Positions 25,828 to 42,958 of a DNA stretch of 64,000 bases are shown in pieces. This DNA is from Amoeboaphelidium protococcarum X5. Its lineage: Eukaryota; Fungi; Aphelidiomycota. The notes below the pieces were generated by a model. It worked only from the letters and a program-made list of their open reading frames with translations. It was not told the origin of the DNA and made no database searches. Positions within the stretch are counted from its first letter, which is position 1; the number at the start of each line of letters is the position of its first letter. The translations under genes and the position numbers were made by a program. The DNA is taken from contig JALDTO010000158.1 of the NCBI GenBank assembly GCA_023515725.1, positions 186,001 through 250,000 on the forward strand, given 5' to 3'.

Positions 25828-27480
25828 ATGGAAATGGGCAAGACGAGAACAGATTAGAATGAGGATGTGGCCATGGTCACAGATGGGGGTGGTAATTTTG
25901 AGGGAAGCGGAGACGGTACATGTGGCTCCAGTAATTAGTTTCAGAGAGAGCAGGTGGTCAGATTAGCTTTGTAGTGTCTGAATGATCTTGGCTACTAGCA
26001 GAGTGTAAAGATCCTGGAAAAGGAGAGTGGATATAAGAGTGAAACTGATGTTATTGGAAAGTTTAGGTTGGCGATTCTGAATGGCGACTGGCTACAGGCT
26101 AATGATCTGATGAAGGAGTTGAAGATGGATCCCGCTAATGTTGATCAATTCAAGTTTCTGATGTATAAGCAGCATTTTCTGGAGCTACTGGAAGAGCGCA
26201 ATCTGAAGGATGCTCTCGGTGTTCTCCGCAATGATATAGCCACTCTATCTACCAGCTCTGTTGCTAATTCTGTTGGTGGAACTGCGGCAGGTGCAGTCCA
26301 TAGTAGAGACAGTCTGCATCAGTTATCATCCCTGATCATGTGTTCATCTGTTCAAGATTTGAAGGATAAGTCTGGGTGGATGGGTAAGGGTGAAGTGTCT
26401 AGGTAGCAGTTGTTTGATGAGTTATAAGCTTTGATTAATCCAGCGATGATTATACCACAACGCAGATGGGAGATTTTGTATGATTAAGCGAATCAGCACC
26501 AAATATCAAAGTGTCTGTATCATAATAGCATTGATCAGTAGAAAGGCGTATCTCTCTTTATAGATCATGAATGTGCCAGAGATGAATTTCCTGTGACTAC
26601 CAATGTTATTCTGAATGAGCATACAGATGAAATTTGGTATGTCGCATTCAGCCATGATGGTAAATATTTGGCAAGTGCATCTAAAGATACTACTTGTATT
26701 ATATGGTCCGCCTAGTCGTGGTAGCCTGTTCACACTCTGACTGGACATGAGGACGCAATATGTTTCCTCTCATGGTCCCCTAATGATTAGATGCTGCTCA
26801 CCTGTGGCAATGATGTCAAGTTGAAGTTGTGGAATACTGAGACTGGCACCTGTATCCGGACTTTGTAAAATAATCAGGATGCTATTAGTAGCTGCGCGTG
26901 GTTCAGCGATAACAGCCGTTTTGTCTCATCATCTCTGGATAAGAGCATCATAATGTGGGATGTTGACGGACGATAACTGTAGAGATGGAGTGGAGCCAGA
27001 GTATCAGATCTTGCACTGACTCGCGATGGTAAGTTTATGGTGGCTGCGTGTCATGAGAACAAGATTCGTATTTACGATATGGAGAAGAAGAGCGAGCGTG
27101 TTATTGAAGAAAATAGTGCTCTCACTTCTCTGCAGCTGTCGCATGATGATCGCTATATCCTGGTTAATTTGAGTAATTCAGAAATACATATCTGGGATTT
27201 ACAGAAAGAGTAATCAGTGACAAAGCTGAGTGGTCATAAATAGGGCAAGTACGTGATCAGGTCCTGTTTCGGTGGCGCCGGCTAGAAATTTGTTGCCAGT
27301 GGAAGTGAAGATAATAATGTTTATATCTGGAATTGGGAACGTAATCTGCTATTGGAGACTCTAAGCGGTCACACGTCTACTGTAAACAGTGTCAGTTGGA
27401 ATCCTCAAAACTCTTCCATGATTGCCAGTGCATCAGATGATTGCACAATTAGAGTATGGGGTAATAATGTGTCTAAATGA
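25828..27480 (+). CDS. WDR26: WDR26/Gid7-like LisH-CTLH-WD40 protein (GID/CTLH E3 ligase)
   Basis: [17 protein letters not shown] (LisH), [10 protein letters not shown] (CTLH), [38 protein letters not shown]. Confidence 0.9.
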
Positions 27481-27602
27481 TTTTATAATCGCTCCGAGTA
27501 TGGCAAGAGTTAATTATACATACAATAATTGTTGAATACAGAAATGTTAATTATCACTCTTTATCACGGTCCCGGTTCCACTATTACATCACAGTTCAAA
27601 GA

Positions 27603-29171
27603 TCATAGTAGTCCTTACCGCTTGAGATCTTGATAAACCTTCTTGTTGAACACATTTCCATACTGATCTTCAAATTCTTCCAGTTCATCAGCTTTAAAAT
27701 CCGCACTCTCCGCTGAAGACTTTATCTTATTCCATAAAGCAAACGCATCCGCAATCTTGGTAATCTCATGGAATTGGGCATTATTGGGAAGGCCGAGACA
27801 TCGCATACCATGAGAGTGTCGCCAGTCTTAAAAGTGCCGCTCAAAAGCCCTCCTACCCATATACACATATCCACCGCAAATCTCGCACGGGAACTCCTAT
27901 CTCAGACCATGCAGTTTCCACAGCCAGAATGGAATTGGCTTGCCATCCCATCCAAGTGGTAACTTGAGAGGATTGTAAAAGTCGTGTTGATGATCCTAAT
28001 CTTACTTATCCTGATTATTCTCACCATCGTGGTCATCATCACTACCGAAACCAATATATAGCTACTAATACGCAGAAGATGGTGACGACAAGTCGACTTA
28101 TTCATTCAATTCCTCTTCAATCATATTTGCCAGTTCATCAAATGTTAAAGTCTACTTGCGATCTAAGAATGTGATGGTCTTATCGCGTACATCTTTCAAG
28201 TATTCAAGCATCTATAAAACATCACTCTCCATCATGAGTATCAACCTAAAGTCCTCCTACCGCTTCTTACACTCGATAGATCGAAGCATGTCCAGATCCT
28301 CTTTAGTATTATCCATTAGAAGTTGCTTCTCATTTCGCTGATGCTTCTTACCTTTCAAATGACCATCATAAACTGATTACTTTGAAAAGTCTTTGGCACA
28401 CGCGAAGCAATACAGGTCCAGAGAGAAATTCATAGAATCTACTGACTTTTATATACCATCTTGGAATTCCTAATTATCGCGATCAACTAGAACAGAATTG
28501 ATGTCCCATAATGGTCTACTCTTATTAAGGAATCCCGTCAAATAGTCGTGGAACATCTAGATAAACTTTTTATACTCTACATCCACCTTCTGTTAGTCTT
28601 TAATTTTAACACCTTTAATAATCTAATCACAGTCAGATATAAATTACACGTATTACACTCCTCCTTCAGGCTCTGCAAAGTCAAGCGATAGATACTACTC
28701 ATATACTGGCCGCAGATTAACGTACTTTCCATAAACCTCCATTTCATTAAACTGTTGTCCCAATAGTTCAAATTCCTTCTACCAGTCAATGTGAACGCGA
28801 AATTCTTGGGCCAATTGAACTATACCCCCATTCCGATTATAATCATACTTGATCTATTGTAGTTGCGCCAGTTATTAATTGAAATCGGGCAATTCACCAT
28901 TTCCATCCATCTACTATTATAAATCCTCATACAATTCCAATAGACGCAGACTCTTTTACTTGATGCTATTCAAGAACTTTGATATTACAGTCTCTTTCAA
29001 TATTCGCTCTCTCCACTACAAGTATAATAATAAGATTATAAGATAGTCCGTCAGCCATAAAACGCATTCTAAATCAATAAAGCTTACCGTTTTCCATTTA
29101 GAGCCTACCAGAGCGCCAATCTTCTCTTCCAAGACATCAATCTCCTAATGCAATAATCTAATCTAGTCCAT
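27603..29171 (-). CDS. SF3A3: Splicing factor 3A subunit 3 (Prp9)
   Basis: [45 protein letters not shown]-terminal DLKRQ(TAA)GLL-TGA; one 5' intron. Confidence 0.93.
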
Positions 29172-29324
29172 CTCACTCTACTGAATTAACTTCCTCTATG
29201 TTGAATGATTATAGATTGGCAATGATCCTCGCTAAAAGTAAGATTAAGAGTTCATTCACTTTCTCTTCCAACGCGTAAAAACATAATAATTGTGAAATTA
29301 TAATAGCGTAAAATAAGAGCGATT

Positions 29325-30497
29325 ATGTCCAAGTATAAGGAGCCTTAATTTTCTGGGGATTTGGAGGTGTGCAAGACATTTGAGAGTATGGGCCTGCCTT
29401 AGGAGCTACTGAGGGGAATCTATGCGTACAATTTCGAGAGACCATCAGCGATTTAGTAGAGGGCGATTAAACCAATTCTGATGGGTAGGGATGTGGTGGC
29501 CCAGGCGTAGAGCGGTACTGGAAAGACTGCTACATTTAGTATTGGCGCCCTAGGACGTGTCGATGTAAAGGTGCGCGATATCCAGGTGTTGGTACTATCT
29601 CCTACGCGTGAATTGGCAATACAGAGCAGTACTGTGATATCGGCATTGGGTGATTTCATGAATGTAAAGTGTCACTGCTGTGTTGGTGGACAGTCGATGT
29701 AATAAGATTTGAAGTCGCTCGAGTTGGGTCAGCATATTGTCAGCGGAACACCTGGTAGAGTGTTGGATATGATCAGGAGACGTCACTTTAGATCAAAGAA
29801 TGTGAAGATGTTGATCTTGGATGAAGCAGATGAAATACTCAGTCTCGGTCTGAAGGAGCAGATATATGATATATATCGCCACCTGCCGCCAAGCACTTAG
29901 GTTGTTATCGTATCTGCAACTCTGCCTCAAGAGATTCTGGACCTATCATAGAAATTTATGACTGATCCGGTTCAGGTTCTCGTGAAGAGAGATGAATTGA
30001 CTTTGGAAGGTATCAAGCAGTTCTTCATTGCAGTTGACAAGGAGGAGTGGAAGTTTGATACACTCTGTGATCTCTATGATACTCTGACCATCACGCAGGC
30101 GGTAATATTCTGTAATACTCGGCGCAAGGTGGACTGGCTCAGCGGTAAGATGAAGGAGAGCAATTTCACAGTGAGCTCAATGCATGGCGACATGTCACAG
30201 AAGGACAGAGATGCTGTGATGAAGGAGTTTAGATCTGGTGCTAGTCGTGTGCTTATCACAACAGATGTCTGGGCGCGTGGTATTGATGTGTCATAGGTAT
30301 CGCTGGTGATCAACTATGATCTGCCAGGTAATCGTGAAAACTATATTCATCGTATTGGTAGAAGTGGCAGGTTTGGGCGTAAAGGTGTGGCTATCAATTT
30401 TGTGAAAACTGATGAGGTTCAAATGTTGCGCGACATTGAGGCTTATTATGCAACAACGATTGATGAGATGCCACTTAATGTATCTGAATTGATTTGA
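29325..30497 (+). CDS. EIF4A3: DEAD-box helicase eIF4A-III (Fal1)
   Basis: Q-motif PSAIQQ(TAG TAG)[52 protein letters not shown]. Confidence 0.96.
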
Positions 30498-30600
30498 TTA
30501 AATTGTAAATCATCTCTTTAGTCTTTAATTTAATAATACACTATTAATACATCACATTTACTTTTAACAATCTTGAACCAGACAGCTTGGTATCTTAAAA

Positions 30601-31158
30601 TCATTCTAGGCGGGTGTTGAGGGGAATAACATTGCAAAAGTGAAAGACTTGATCACAATCTAAAAAGGCAACTTCGCACTGACAATGAGAACACTCCACC
30701 GGATGATATACTTCCTAATATTCCAACCTTTGCTGGGATGACCGAACGATATTCTCCTTCTAAATAGATACAATCTACCCAGTTTAATCAAAGATGGCAA
30801 TCTAATCAGAGTTGACGCGACAATTGTTAACAAACATTGCACGGTACTATCCCTCATACTTGACGTGTCGCTAGCAGTCTATACACAATATGGCTAAACA
30901 ATTAGGACATTGAAGCACAGCATCTGACACAAAATGATCATCCTGGCCATGTCGGTAAGATTAAGACTGTTGTATGAGCCACAATTCATCCATCAAATCT
31001 GAATTTGGATCATAGAGAGGATCGGCATCATCATCATCATCTTTGCGAGGAGACTATCTCTCCTAGGACTGCATAGAATATGCTCGATTAATGATACTTC
31101 TTATATCAGTCTTCTAAGCGTTCGCTTTAGGTCGCGGAAGTAAATCACCGACATCCAT
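30601..31158 (-). CDS. EAPP: E2F-associated phosphoprotein (EAPP)-like
   Basis: DPLYDP..D..DELW; SDAVLQCPNCLAILCIDCQRH...QYRAMFVNNC; YHPVECSHC..EVAFLD.DQVFHFCNVIP. Confidence 0.88.
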
Positions 31159-31296
31159 AATAGACTGATCAAATAATTTAATATCTTGTCTAAACGTAAT
31201 CAGCAATCCAAGAAAAATATATGGCAACTTTCAAAGTACGTAATGATAATAATAAGCGATATAAGAAAATCAGAGATGGAATTTAGCATTCGACAA

Positions 31297-33416
31297 TCAT
31301 TATTATAACTACAACTTTTACTTCTCCTGCTCTTGATCCTTCGACTATGACTGACCAGATTGATCGGTAGTCTGCGCAACAATCTAATCATCGGGCGACA
31401 ATGGGCTACTCACGTCACTTGACATTGAGGTATCACCAGAGCCATTGGTCAACACATCTTCCAAAGATCTATGTCTAGAGAGTTCGGTCAGCACAGTCTC
31501 ATCTACAGGTAGGACTGATTTTCTTCTGAATCTCTGCGGCGTTGGACGATCATCAAACTGCTCCATCTCCTTCTGCAGCACATCCAACGTCTCACTTTCA
31601 TGATCATCCTTCACCTCATCACCAGTAGCATCCATTGCATCAGCGTCTACGGCACTTAAAGGCTACTCTGCGACGTTATACGTCTAAACCACATGCGGCA
31701 TATGAGTCTTCAATTTGGAAGCATTCTCACTGGCAGCCTGCTCCAACTTCTGCCAAGTATCTTCTCTCTACTTGATCTTCTGTCGATCGCTCTGCCTGGC
31801 AGCCTTGTACTTGTTAGTGCACTCATCGAAAAGTTTGGGAGAAATCTCCATAAACAGCTTCAGAGCATTGTACACCAAACCATGGATGGTGCGATTCCAA
31901 TGAGATTTCGAATTTCTGTACAGCGAGGCAAAGATTATCGGCAGAATTGTATTAGCATTCTCACCGATAAGATTCACAATATACTCATTGTTCCAGTAGT
32001 ACAACGCCCTTTCAGCCACTTGGAAATGAGGACTAGAGACACACCTGGACAGTTGCTAGAACAGCGGCACAGAAACTTTCTAAAACTCGCTCGGCTCAAT
32101 AATGTCAAGAATCTCCTCAATCTCATTCAAAAACATCACCTCCTTCGGACTGTTCACCTTTGGCCAGTAACGCAATATTCCGCGGACAACTTCACTAGTC
32201 AGAGCAGAGTCCTTCTCCAAGAATTACACGATGCAGTAGGCAAGCTGCGGATGATACAGACTAAGACTCTTAGCTTTATGAAGAGGGATGAGCACTTTGG
32301 TCAGAAAAGTCTTGTGCTCCTCTTTAAGGGGCAGAGCAAAGCCATTGATAATGCTGCCAAGAATCTCCAACAGCTCTGCAATACCATTATGACGCTCATT
32401 CTCATATATAAAATGAAAAAAGACATTATTGATGGATCTACGGATGAACGCTCTCAGATTCAAGAACTTGCCATAGATGCGATGCAGCGTAGTCTTCAAA
32501 AAATCACGCTCTCTCGGATCTTCGCTGTCGAAAAGCTCCAACAATTCCAATACAAATCGCTAGTCAATGTACTTTTTAGCAATGTTGGTATTAAAGTCAC
32601 CAGATTCAATAAAGCGCAAGAAAAATTCATACACAATAGACAGGTGAGGCCATCCGAGTTCCAATACTGGCTCATCTTCTTCCGGATCAAATGCATCACC
32701 AGAAGGATTCATCTGAGGCGGAATGGTTCGAAATACATTCTAACTGAACATCTTGATCACCTCAGGATAAATAGGCTCAGTAATAACGCCTCTATTGTTC
32801 GAGATGTACTCAACCATTTCTGAAAGTGTCTATCGCTTAATCTCTTTCCCCTTCAAATCAGACATGGAATCAGTAAAGTCGAATATGGTACAACACTAGA
32901 TTAGTTTCTTTATGAGCAGATCTTGGCGCTCAGTGGCCAAGACATCCTTGAATCCGGGCAGCTTCTCCAATTCCACCCTCTCAGTGACATGAAATCTGGA
33001 CGATCTCTAACGTCTGGGTGTCTTACTAATGGGAATAGTATCTTTCGCCGCATTCTTCAATCTTGACAGTGGACCACTCTTGGGCACTTCTTTCCCATGA
33101 AGCAACGACGTAGAAGTCGGAGAAGCAACTGCGGGTGAGTCAATATTCATATTCTACACTCCATATACATTAAAATTATAATGGTAATACAAAAATTAAC
33201 AAGGAATCTTACATTGCTATCATCCTTTCTCAATTGAGTTGCACTCAGCGCTAATGCATCAACATCCTTTCTCAATTCTGGTGTCGGAATTTTCGGCGGA
33301 GTCTACACTTACTTAACAAGCAATTATAGGATCAATAACAATGCATTACAGATAGACTGTTAGGATATATTAATACTTACAGCAGCAGACTTGGCATTTT
33401 CCATGGCAGATTTCAT
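31297..33416 (-). CDS. PP2A regulatory subunit B56 (Rts1/PPP2R5)
   Basis: [63 protein letters not shown]; short 5' exons. Confidence 0.95.
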
Positions 33417-34222
33417 GACCAGTTATTAATCAATCAGTCAGTTATTAAAGCAAAAAAAAAACAACAATCTATTAATACGAAACGATGAAACAAATTACAC
33501 AAATTGCCTTAAACTATTAAAATGTTACCACAATGGTATATACAACTATTTACACACACACACAATCACAACGAAGAAGACTTGTAATTACAGCTGAGCG
33601 ATGCTTCCCACCGCGATAAACTTGAAATGAATGAAATGGAGAAAGAGAGAGAAACGACGATAAACATTCTCAAGCGGGCGCTACTGGCTCGCTGACTGTT
33701 CGATGAAGAAAGATTTTTAGATCGCCTCTTTTCATTCCGCTCGCTTGTTCTTCTCTTGTTTGTGCTGAAACAACAAGGGTGACTCAGTGAGTGCTTAAAA
33801 CTGTACGTACAGTATACCAGATCTAACCATCCACAAATTCATGCTTTTGTTGTTGTTATTAGTCTCTTTGATCCATATTGCATTTCTTCTGATTAACAAC
33901 TATCTCTCTTATCTATCTCAAGCACAAAAATGTCCCTACAATTTCTATTACGTAGACAAAGATCCGTCTCATCTACAATATTTCATCGTCAGGACACGAG
34001 AAAATAATAATTTATGATATCCTAACGACATGAACTTCTTACAGGCCGTTGATCTAATTTCCACGACGGATTAGGCGGGACGGTCGGACTGTTTTAAAAC
34101 GACGCGTTTCAGCACATCACTTTTTCTCTAAACGAAGTCGCGCGTTGTAACTCTTTAGACTTGAAACCGAGAAAACTCACTCGGGTACTACTAGCAAGCA
34201 TACCACATACCTCATACACAAA

Positions 34223-36771
<2,549 letters not shown>

Positions 36772-36939
36772 TTGACTGTGATGGATGCTAATAATTTGAT
36801 TGTATGAATTGTCTATTTAACAAGCTGATTACTGTCGCCACCGTTTTCTCGCCTTTTCGACTTCTTTACCAAAACTTCCTTAATTTTTCTAGTGACTAAA
36901 GAATACAGAACTGTAAGTGATTACCTAGTATATCAAAAT

Positions 36940-37296
36940 ATGACAACTGTAAATAGAGCTATACCTCATAAAAATTATATATAACGTCTGTACAAGAGAG
37001 CACTGAAGAGCGCTTTCGATCATCATGCATATGAGCGAGATATATTCAGGCAGCACTGCTTAAAGATTCGCTCAAGATTTGAAGAGAACAGAAATGAATA
37101 CAATCCTGTTAGAATAGAAGCTCTGGTAAGATCTTTTGAGAAGGAGCTGGAGCTGAATGCACACGTCAGACCATTTAAATATCCAACGCAGATTGGCGGT
37201 AATAAATTTGGCAGAAATGAAGTTCCCAGCTTGTGGTTGACCAAATATGGAAAGGGAAATTGGGTCGATGACAAGGTTGAATTTGAAAAGATTTGA
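36940..37296 (+). CDS. NDUFB9: NADH dehydrogenase subunit B22 (LYR family)
   Basis: RLYKRALK...RDIFRQHCLKIRSRFEENR...HVRPFKYPTQIGGNKFGRN. Confidence 0.88.
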
Positions 37297-37335
37297 GTTC
37301 AATAAAAGGATTACTTATTATCATTATTATTATAG

Positions 37336-38547
37336 TCATTCCTCACTAATCATCAATTTCATTTCATCCCAAGATCCTTTAATCTCACTACATATATTTA
37401 TTACGGCAAATATGTATCAACAATGAGTTTTAGTAGCGAATTAACATTTTGACTTACTTTTTGTATCTCTAGATCCAAATCAACCAGAAGGGGCATACAA
37501 ATGTAATAAACGCGTACATGGTGAGATAGAGATGCACCATGATAGTGGAAACTTGATGGAGCATATAACTACCGCAGGCAAGAAGGAGCAAGTTGAGCAT
37601 CAGCGATCCTCTTGAATAAACCACCATGGACCTCCGGAATATTGGCAACAGGCCGAACCAAGTGACAGCGAACACCATTAAGCCAAATACGTTCAAACTG
37701 GAACTCAAACGAGATGCCAGTAGAACACTTCCAAATATTGCAGCATTCAGAGACAGTGCACCTGGATAACGCGTAGCACCCGGCTCCACGCTCGTATAGT
37801 CATGAAAGAGCAGATTCATGGTGAACACGATCGTTGACAAGGCATAAATAGTATCATCTGACGTGTCCTGAGTCAATGTTTTCAGTATAGGAGACAAGGC
37901 AATCAGTATAATAAAGAATAACACTGAAGCTTTCAATACTTTACCAACTACACATTACCTAAGAATCTAAACTTGTCACATGAGATCAGTTGAAGTCGAT
38001 AGAACATAATAACAAAACGTACCAGAGTGATGCGGTTTGGCCATTTTCACATACCGATTGATACTCCGGATCCAAAATATGTAACATATCACAGATCCGA
38101 TGAGATTGCCAGTTATCAATGCCTCTATTGAAATGTTATTGTCAAATAAGAATACAAATGTGCACACAAAGATGACAATGCTCGACAGCTGAGAGGTTAT
38201 ACTCCACGACTATGAAACAATGGTCCAGTAATCTTGAGTCTTCAAGTTTGCTACACACTGTACGTACAGACAATAATTAAATTAAAATGCTCATCTAAAG
38301 GTAATTATACAGGTACTAATCTACCATTTTTCTGCATCTATTCAAGAAATGTATGGTCCACGTAATTGTCTGGGTAATCCTGCTTAATGTACAGCAACTT
38401 TCTCCATTTCTTCTTACCATGCTGTTGAGACGATACTTTAGTAAACTCACTGATGTATCGCGAAGTCTAGCACTGTGGACACACAGACTCTATGGGAGTA
38501 TACAGATGTCCATCGATAGGACAGTAATTAAAAGAGCCTTAATTCAT
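37336..38547 (-). CDS. PIGC: GPI-GlcNAc transferase subunit C (Gpi2/PIG-C)
   Basis: WRKLLYIKQDYPDNYVDHTFL; LSPILKTLTQDTSDDTI; SLNAAIFGSVLLASRL; QRYKNEIKGSWDE; introns. Confidence 0.93.
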
Positions 38548-38743
38548 TTGTTCGCTGAGGTTTGTCGCAGAAATTGAGTTGAGCTTATGGTTGAAAATAT
38601 GTCGTTATTGTAGAGAAATGCTAAGTAAAGTGATGGTGCAACAAAACACAGATCTACTAAAGTGAATTGAGAGAAACAAAATCTTCAGCGCAATAACATT
38701 TAATGTAAGTGAAGTATATTATAGTAGTAGTAGAGTTCATCGC

Positions 38744-39163
38744 TCATACGACAGTACCACTGGATGAAGCGATACGAGGCCACAGATCTGCACACTCCTT
38801 ACCAACAGGGCCAGTGACGGCACTACCCTTCATCTCACCTTTAGGATTGACAATCACGCCAGCATTGTCCTCAAAGTATAAGAAAACTCCATCTCGTCTA
38901 CGCCATGGCTTACGCTGACGTACCACCACGGCATTGAGTACCTTCTTTCTCAAATCAGGCTTACCCTTCTTCACACAGGCCATGACCATATCACCGACAC
39001 CGGCTGCTGGAAGACGATTCAGACGCGCACCGACGCGTTTAACGGAAATTACATACAGATTCTTGGCTCCAGAATTATCTGCACAGTTCATGACTGCACC
39101 GACTGGAAGACCGGTCGACATACGGAATTTATTACCTGCTGCACCTGCTCCAGCTTTACTCAT
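38744..39163 (-). CDS. RPL23: 60S ribosomal protein uL14 (L23)
   Basis: [19 protein letters not shown]...[19 protein letters not shown]; TGA stop. Confidence 0.98.
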   Translation of the reverse strand: MSKAGAGAAGNKFRMSTGLPVGAVMNCADNSGAKNLYVISVKRVGARLNRLPAAGVGDMVMACVKKGKPDLRKKVLNAVVVRQRKPWRRRDGVFLYFEDNAGVIVNPKGEMKGSAVTGPVGKECADLWPRIASSSGTVV

Positions 39164-39434
39164 TTTAATATAATAATTGATTTATTATTATAAATTTTCT
39201 GAAGTTCCTGGGCGATGGAATAATTTGTGAGAGGATCACTACGGAATAGACGCAAAAGACTTTGCTTCGGTTGGGTTAAAAGTCGGCGAGATGGAAAAAA
39301 TGTGGAGAAAACACACTAATCTGCGCTGGTAAGGCAAAAGCGAGAGAATTGGTTGTGAAGGAGGAGATGCTCGCGCGTTCTTTGATGGACATTTGCAGAG
39401 GGAATTTTGATTACTTTTCTCTCTACAATCATTC

Positions 39435-40652
39435 ATGATGGTTTCAAGGCTGGAAGATCTGCTGCCGTAAAAGTATCTCGATTTCTGTAGTCGCGCTGAA
39501 GTATGTCTAGATGCTTATACCGATGTTCCAAAATATCTAAATACTGGTTTGCCTCATAGATATGCTTGTGTCAGGAGTAGAGTTGGTCAGTAGGAGAATG
39601 AGGAAACCATTAGTCTTATTCAAACGTAACTCAACACTCGATTGACGCGTGTAGAATGTCTATAGAACGCGTATTTAATGGATGGATCTGTCTAGTTGAG
39701 TCGATTGAGTAAATAGCTGTAATAAATTGTTTTGGGGATAGACATCACCTCAATGATTGTTGTCGATATCCTAGATCCATAGCAGACTGATAATATATTA
39801 GATGTGTCCTGCGCGCCTGGTAGTAAACTGATATATGCAGATTATTTGATGAACAATGGTGTCGATCAATCGAATGGTACTTTAACCGGCGTTGATCTAA
39901 GCTAACACAGATTATTCACTTGCAAATCTTAAATGTAAAAGCATAACGTCAAACGATTTAGGCTTTATAATTGCAGCGGCATTTCATTTAGTGTTGGTGC
40001 ACCAGTTCTGAACTCAGATTCCGTAGATTAAGTTGGACATTTGGAAGTGTTTACATAGAAGTTCAATCGTCCCTTCTACTCTTCTCGTATGATGAATTAA
40101 TATAACATGACAACTAAGGAGTTGTACGACAAGGTTCTGGTTGATGTTCCGTGTACTCATGATGGATCATTTTCTCATGTTATCAAGAGTTTGAGGAATG
40201 GAACTATAATGGATACTATAGTTGATGACAAAGCATTGTCTGAGCTGCAACGCGTCTAGCTTGGTCTCCTTTAGAATGGGTTTGACTTACTCAAACGCGG
40301 CGGCACTCTTGTATACTCAACGTGCTCTCTCTCCCCTCTTCAGAATGAGGATATATGTATATAGTTTGTTCTGCGGAATAAGTTTAATTTACAGGTATCC
40401 GCCATTCCTAATCGCTACAAATATCCAAAGTCCATATCTAGAACATGCATAGAATATTATAAGAATCGTTAAATTCCATCCGATCTGATGCAACGACTAC
40501 AAGTTGAGGGATATGCATAAAATGATATTCTTGACGCGTATCAAATGATATAATTTTACAGTCTTCGATATTATGGTGGGTACTCATAAGATGCGAATGG
40601 GTCTCAACTGTGGACCAGCGCCATGTATATAATATGCTTTAAGAAGCTATGA
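39435..40652 (+). CDS. NOL1/NOP2/Sun-family RNA m5C methyltransferase
   Basis: ILDVSCAPGSK, YDKVLVDVPCTHDGS, GGTLVYSTCSLSPLQNE. Confidence 0.88.
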
Positions 40653-40907
40653 TGTACCTCTACAATACAAATTTGTCTAATGACTATAATGATCCAATTT
40701 TGAAACAATTTACCAAATTGTGAAACGCGAATTTCTTTCGAGTTTTTCTCTTTCGGTTAATTTTCGGTTGTCGCTCCTTTGCATTTTCAGTATCGAAGTT
40801 CAATCAGACTTGGACGCGTCCAGTTGAAGTTTTCTGCGTGTACTTAAGGTCACTTCATCTTCACTAGTAGTAGTAGGAAATATCTATCTATAATCACACA
40901 AAATAAA

Positions 40908-41315
40908 ATGGTTAAATTTCTGAAGCCAACCAAAGTTGTTATTCTGCTCTCTGGAAAGTACGCCGGTAAGAAGGCTGTGATTGTAAAGCAATTCGATGAT
41001 GGTACCGAGGCGCGTCCATACCCACACGCCATTGTTGCTGGTATTGAAAAGTATCCGCTCAGAGTCACTAAATCAATGGGACAGAAGCGTATGGCCAAGA
41101 GATCGCGTATTAAGCCATTCCTCAAGGTTGTCAACTACTAGCACATGATGCCTACCCGTTATGCATTGGATGCTGACTTGAAGAATCTCGTAAGCGAGGA
41201 GACTCTGACTGATAAGACTAAGCGCGTTGAGGCTAGAAAGGAAGTCAGAAAGGTGTTTGAGGAGAAGTACAATGCTGGTAAGAATAAGTGGTTCTTTGAG
41301 AAGTTGCGCTTCTGA
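40908..41315 (+). CDS. RPL27: 60S ribosomal protein eL27
   Basis: [24 protein letters not shown]...NY(TAG)HMMPTRY...[15 protein letters not shown]. Confidence 0.97.
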
Positions 41316-41482
41316 TCTCTTCTGAGTAAATATATATACACTAATCTTCCTATATGCTCTGCTAGATTTCAATATTTTGGTTTTCTGTTGTTTTCTATAA
41401 TGCAGGTAGAATGTTAATCAATCCCTTGCATAATAATTACAAAATTTTAATCTATTCTTTAACAACATTGACATCATTATCA

Positions 41483-42958
41483 TCAAAATATTCTCTTTAA
41501 TCTCTAGTCTGAAGGCTTAGCCCAGATATAGAGCACCGTGACAAACGTCATTATAGGCAATACGTACATAAGCACATTGTAAATGTAATGTATGCCTCGC
41601 AGTGTTTACAACTAGTTCATAAAGATGGTGGCAGACGCGGTGTAACGAGCGTACTGACTGAACGCGAAGGTGCAAAACTGACTGACAGCCAGAGAGCAGA
41701 ACAGCAATACTCCCACATTAAACACGAGGGCGCTCATAAAAGTCTCGCCCATCTTCACGGGATATACTTCAATGAACAGGAATCTGACACCCATCTTAGT
41801 GATGCCTTTAAGAACGCACAGCAATAGCCAGAACACGAAAATGCCATAGAATACTATTCCAAACACTGGAGCTTGGAATGTGCTTCGGAAGAACGTATTC
41901 AGAAATGGAGTGACTGGCAAACTGTTACTTGCTATAGGCAACACATAGAGCAGAATGTGGAAGAACCAGAATAGAGACACAAAGGTGCCTACAATACCAA
42001 CAATCAATTTGCCATAAATCATCAGTGGATTACCACCACCGTTCTTATAACCATCTTCCAATCGCTTCCACTGGGATTCCAAGAATAGAACATCACGCTT
42101 GAACTCATTCTCAGTCTTGACATATGATCTCTATTTCCTGTTTGCCCAGCGAGTTCCTTTCACAATAGCCTTCTTCTAGTTAATCAGTGCAGCACTAGCC
42201 ACCAGAAGCAGTGCAGCCTGTTCACCAACTAATCTCTTCTTGGCCGTGTACTCTTCCAGCTTGATCCGTCTTGGGCGATTCTTAAAGTCAATCAGAAGAT
42301 CGAATGGCAGTGCAGAAAGTCCAACTCCTCCAAAAATGGCAAAAAGCACCCATCCGATAAAGGAAGCACAGGCCACCATGTACATGATAAATGACACTCT
42401 GACAGTGATAACGGTTGACGAATCAGCAGTACATTGACCTTTCACAGCACAGTACTGGTATCTAATATCAGTGCTTGGCTAGAACTGAGAAGACATTGTC
42501 ACTGTTGGAATGTCAGCATAGCCAGCGTAGTACCAAATCAAAGCGGTGGCTAAGAAGTAGATCACCAGCGTGACAAAAGTCCACTGTACAGCATAGAAAA
42601 CCTGCTTTGCCGGATCATTATCAAACTCATCAGCCTCATCCATGCCCTCGTAGTAGAACATGACAAATGGAACGACGGCGAGTGCCATACAAATGGTAGC
42701 GATGAAGAATGCAAATGTTATCTGCGCCATGGGTATGCCTCCCACAGCAACGAACTATCCGCCCTGATTAGCAACATCCAATGGCAGAAGAAGAGCATTG
42801 TAACAAGACAAGGTCAATCCAACGACTACAACCAGTTTAGGGAACCATGCTACCCACTTATCATCGGGATGCTGAAAGTATACCAAAAAGTAGATGGCTC
42901 CAATTACAACTAGAGCTGCGAAGATAGATGATGTAGTGATAAGTACAACGTCCACCAT
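41483..42958 (-). CDS. LMBR1/LIMR-family multi-pass membrane protein
   Basis: YFQHPDDKWVAWFPK, LLPLDVAN, PFVMFYYE, FGGVGLSALPFDL; 491 aa under TAR=Gln. Confidence 0.88.

Noticed and set aside
31693-32823. 376-aa + strand ORF
   Set aside because: Antisense shadow of the conserved PP2A-B56 coding region; no recognisable motifs
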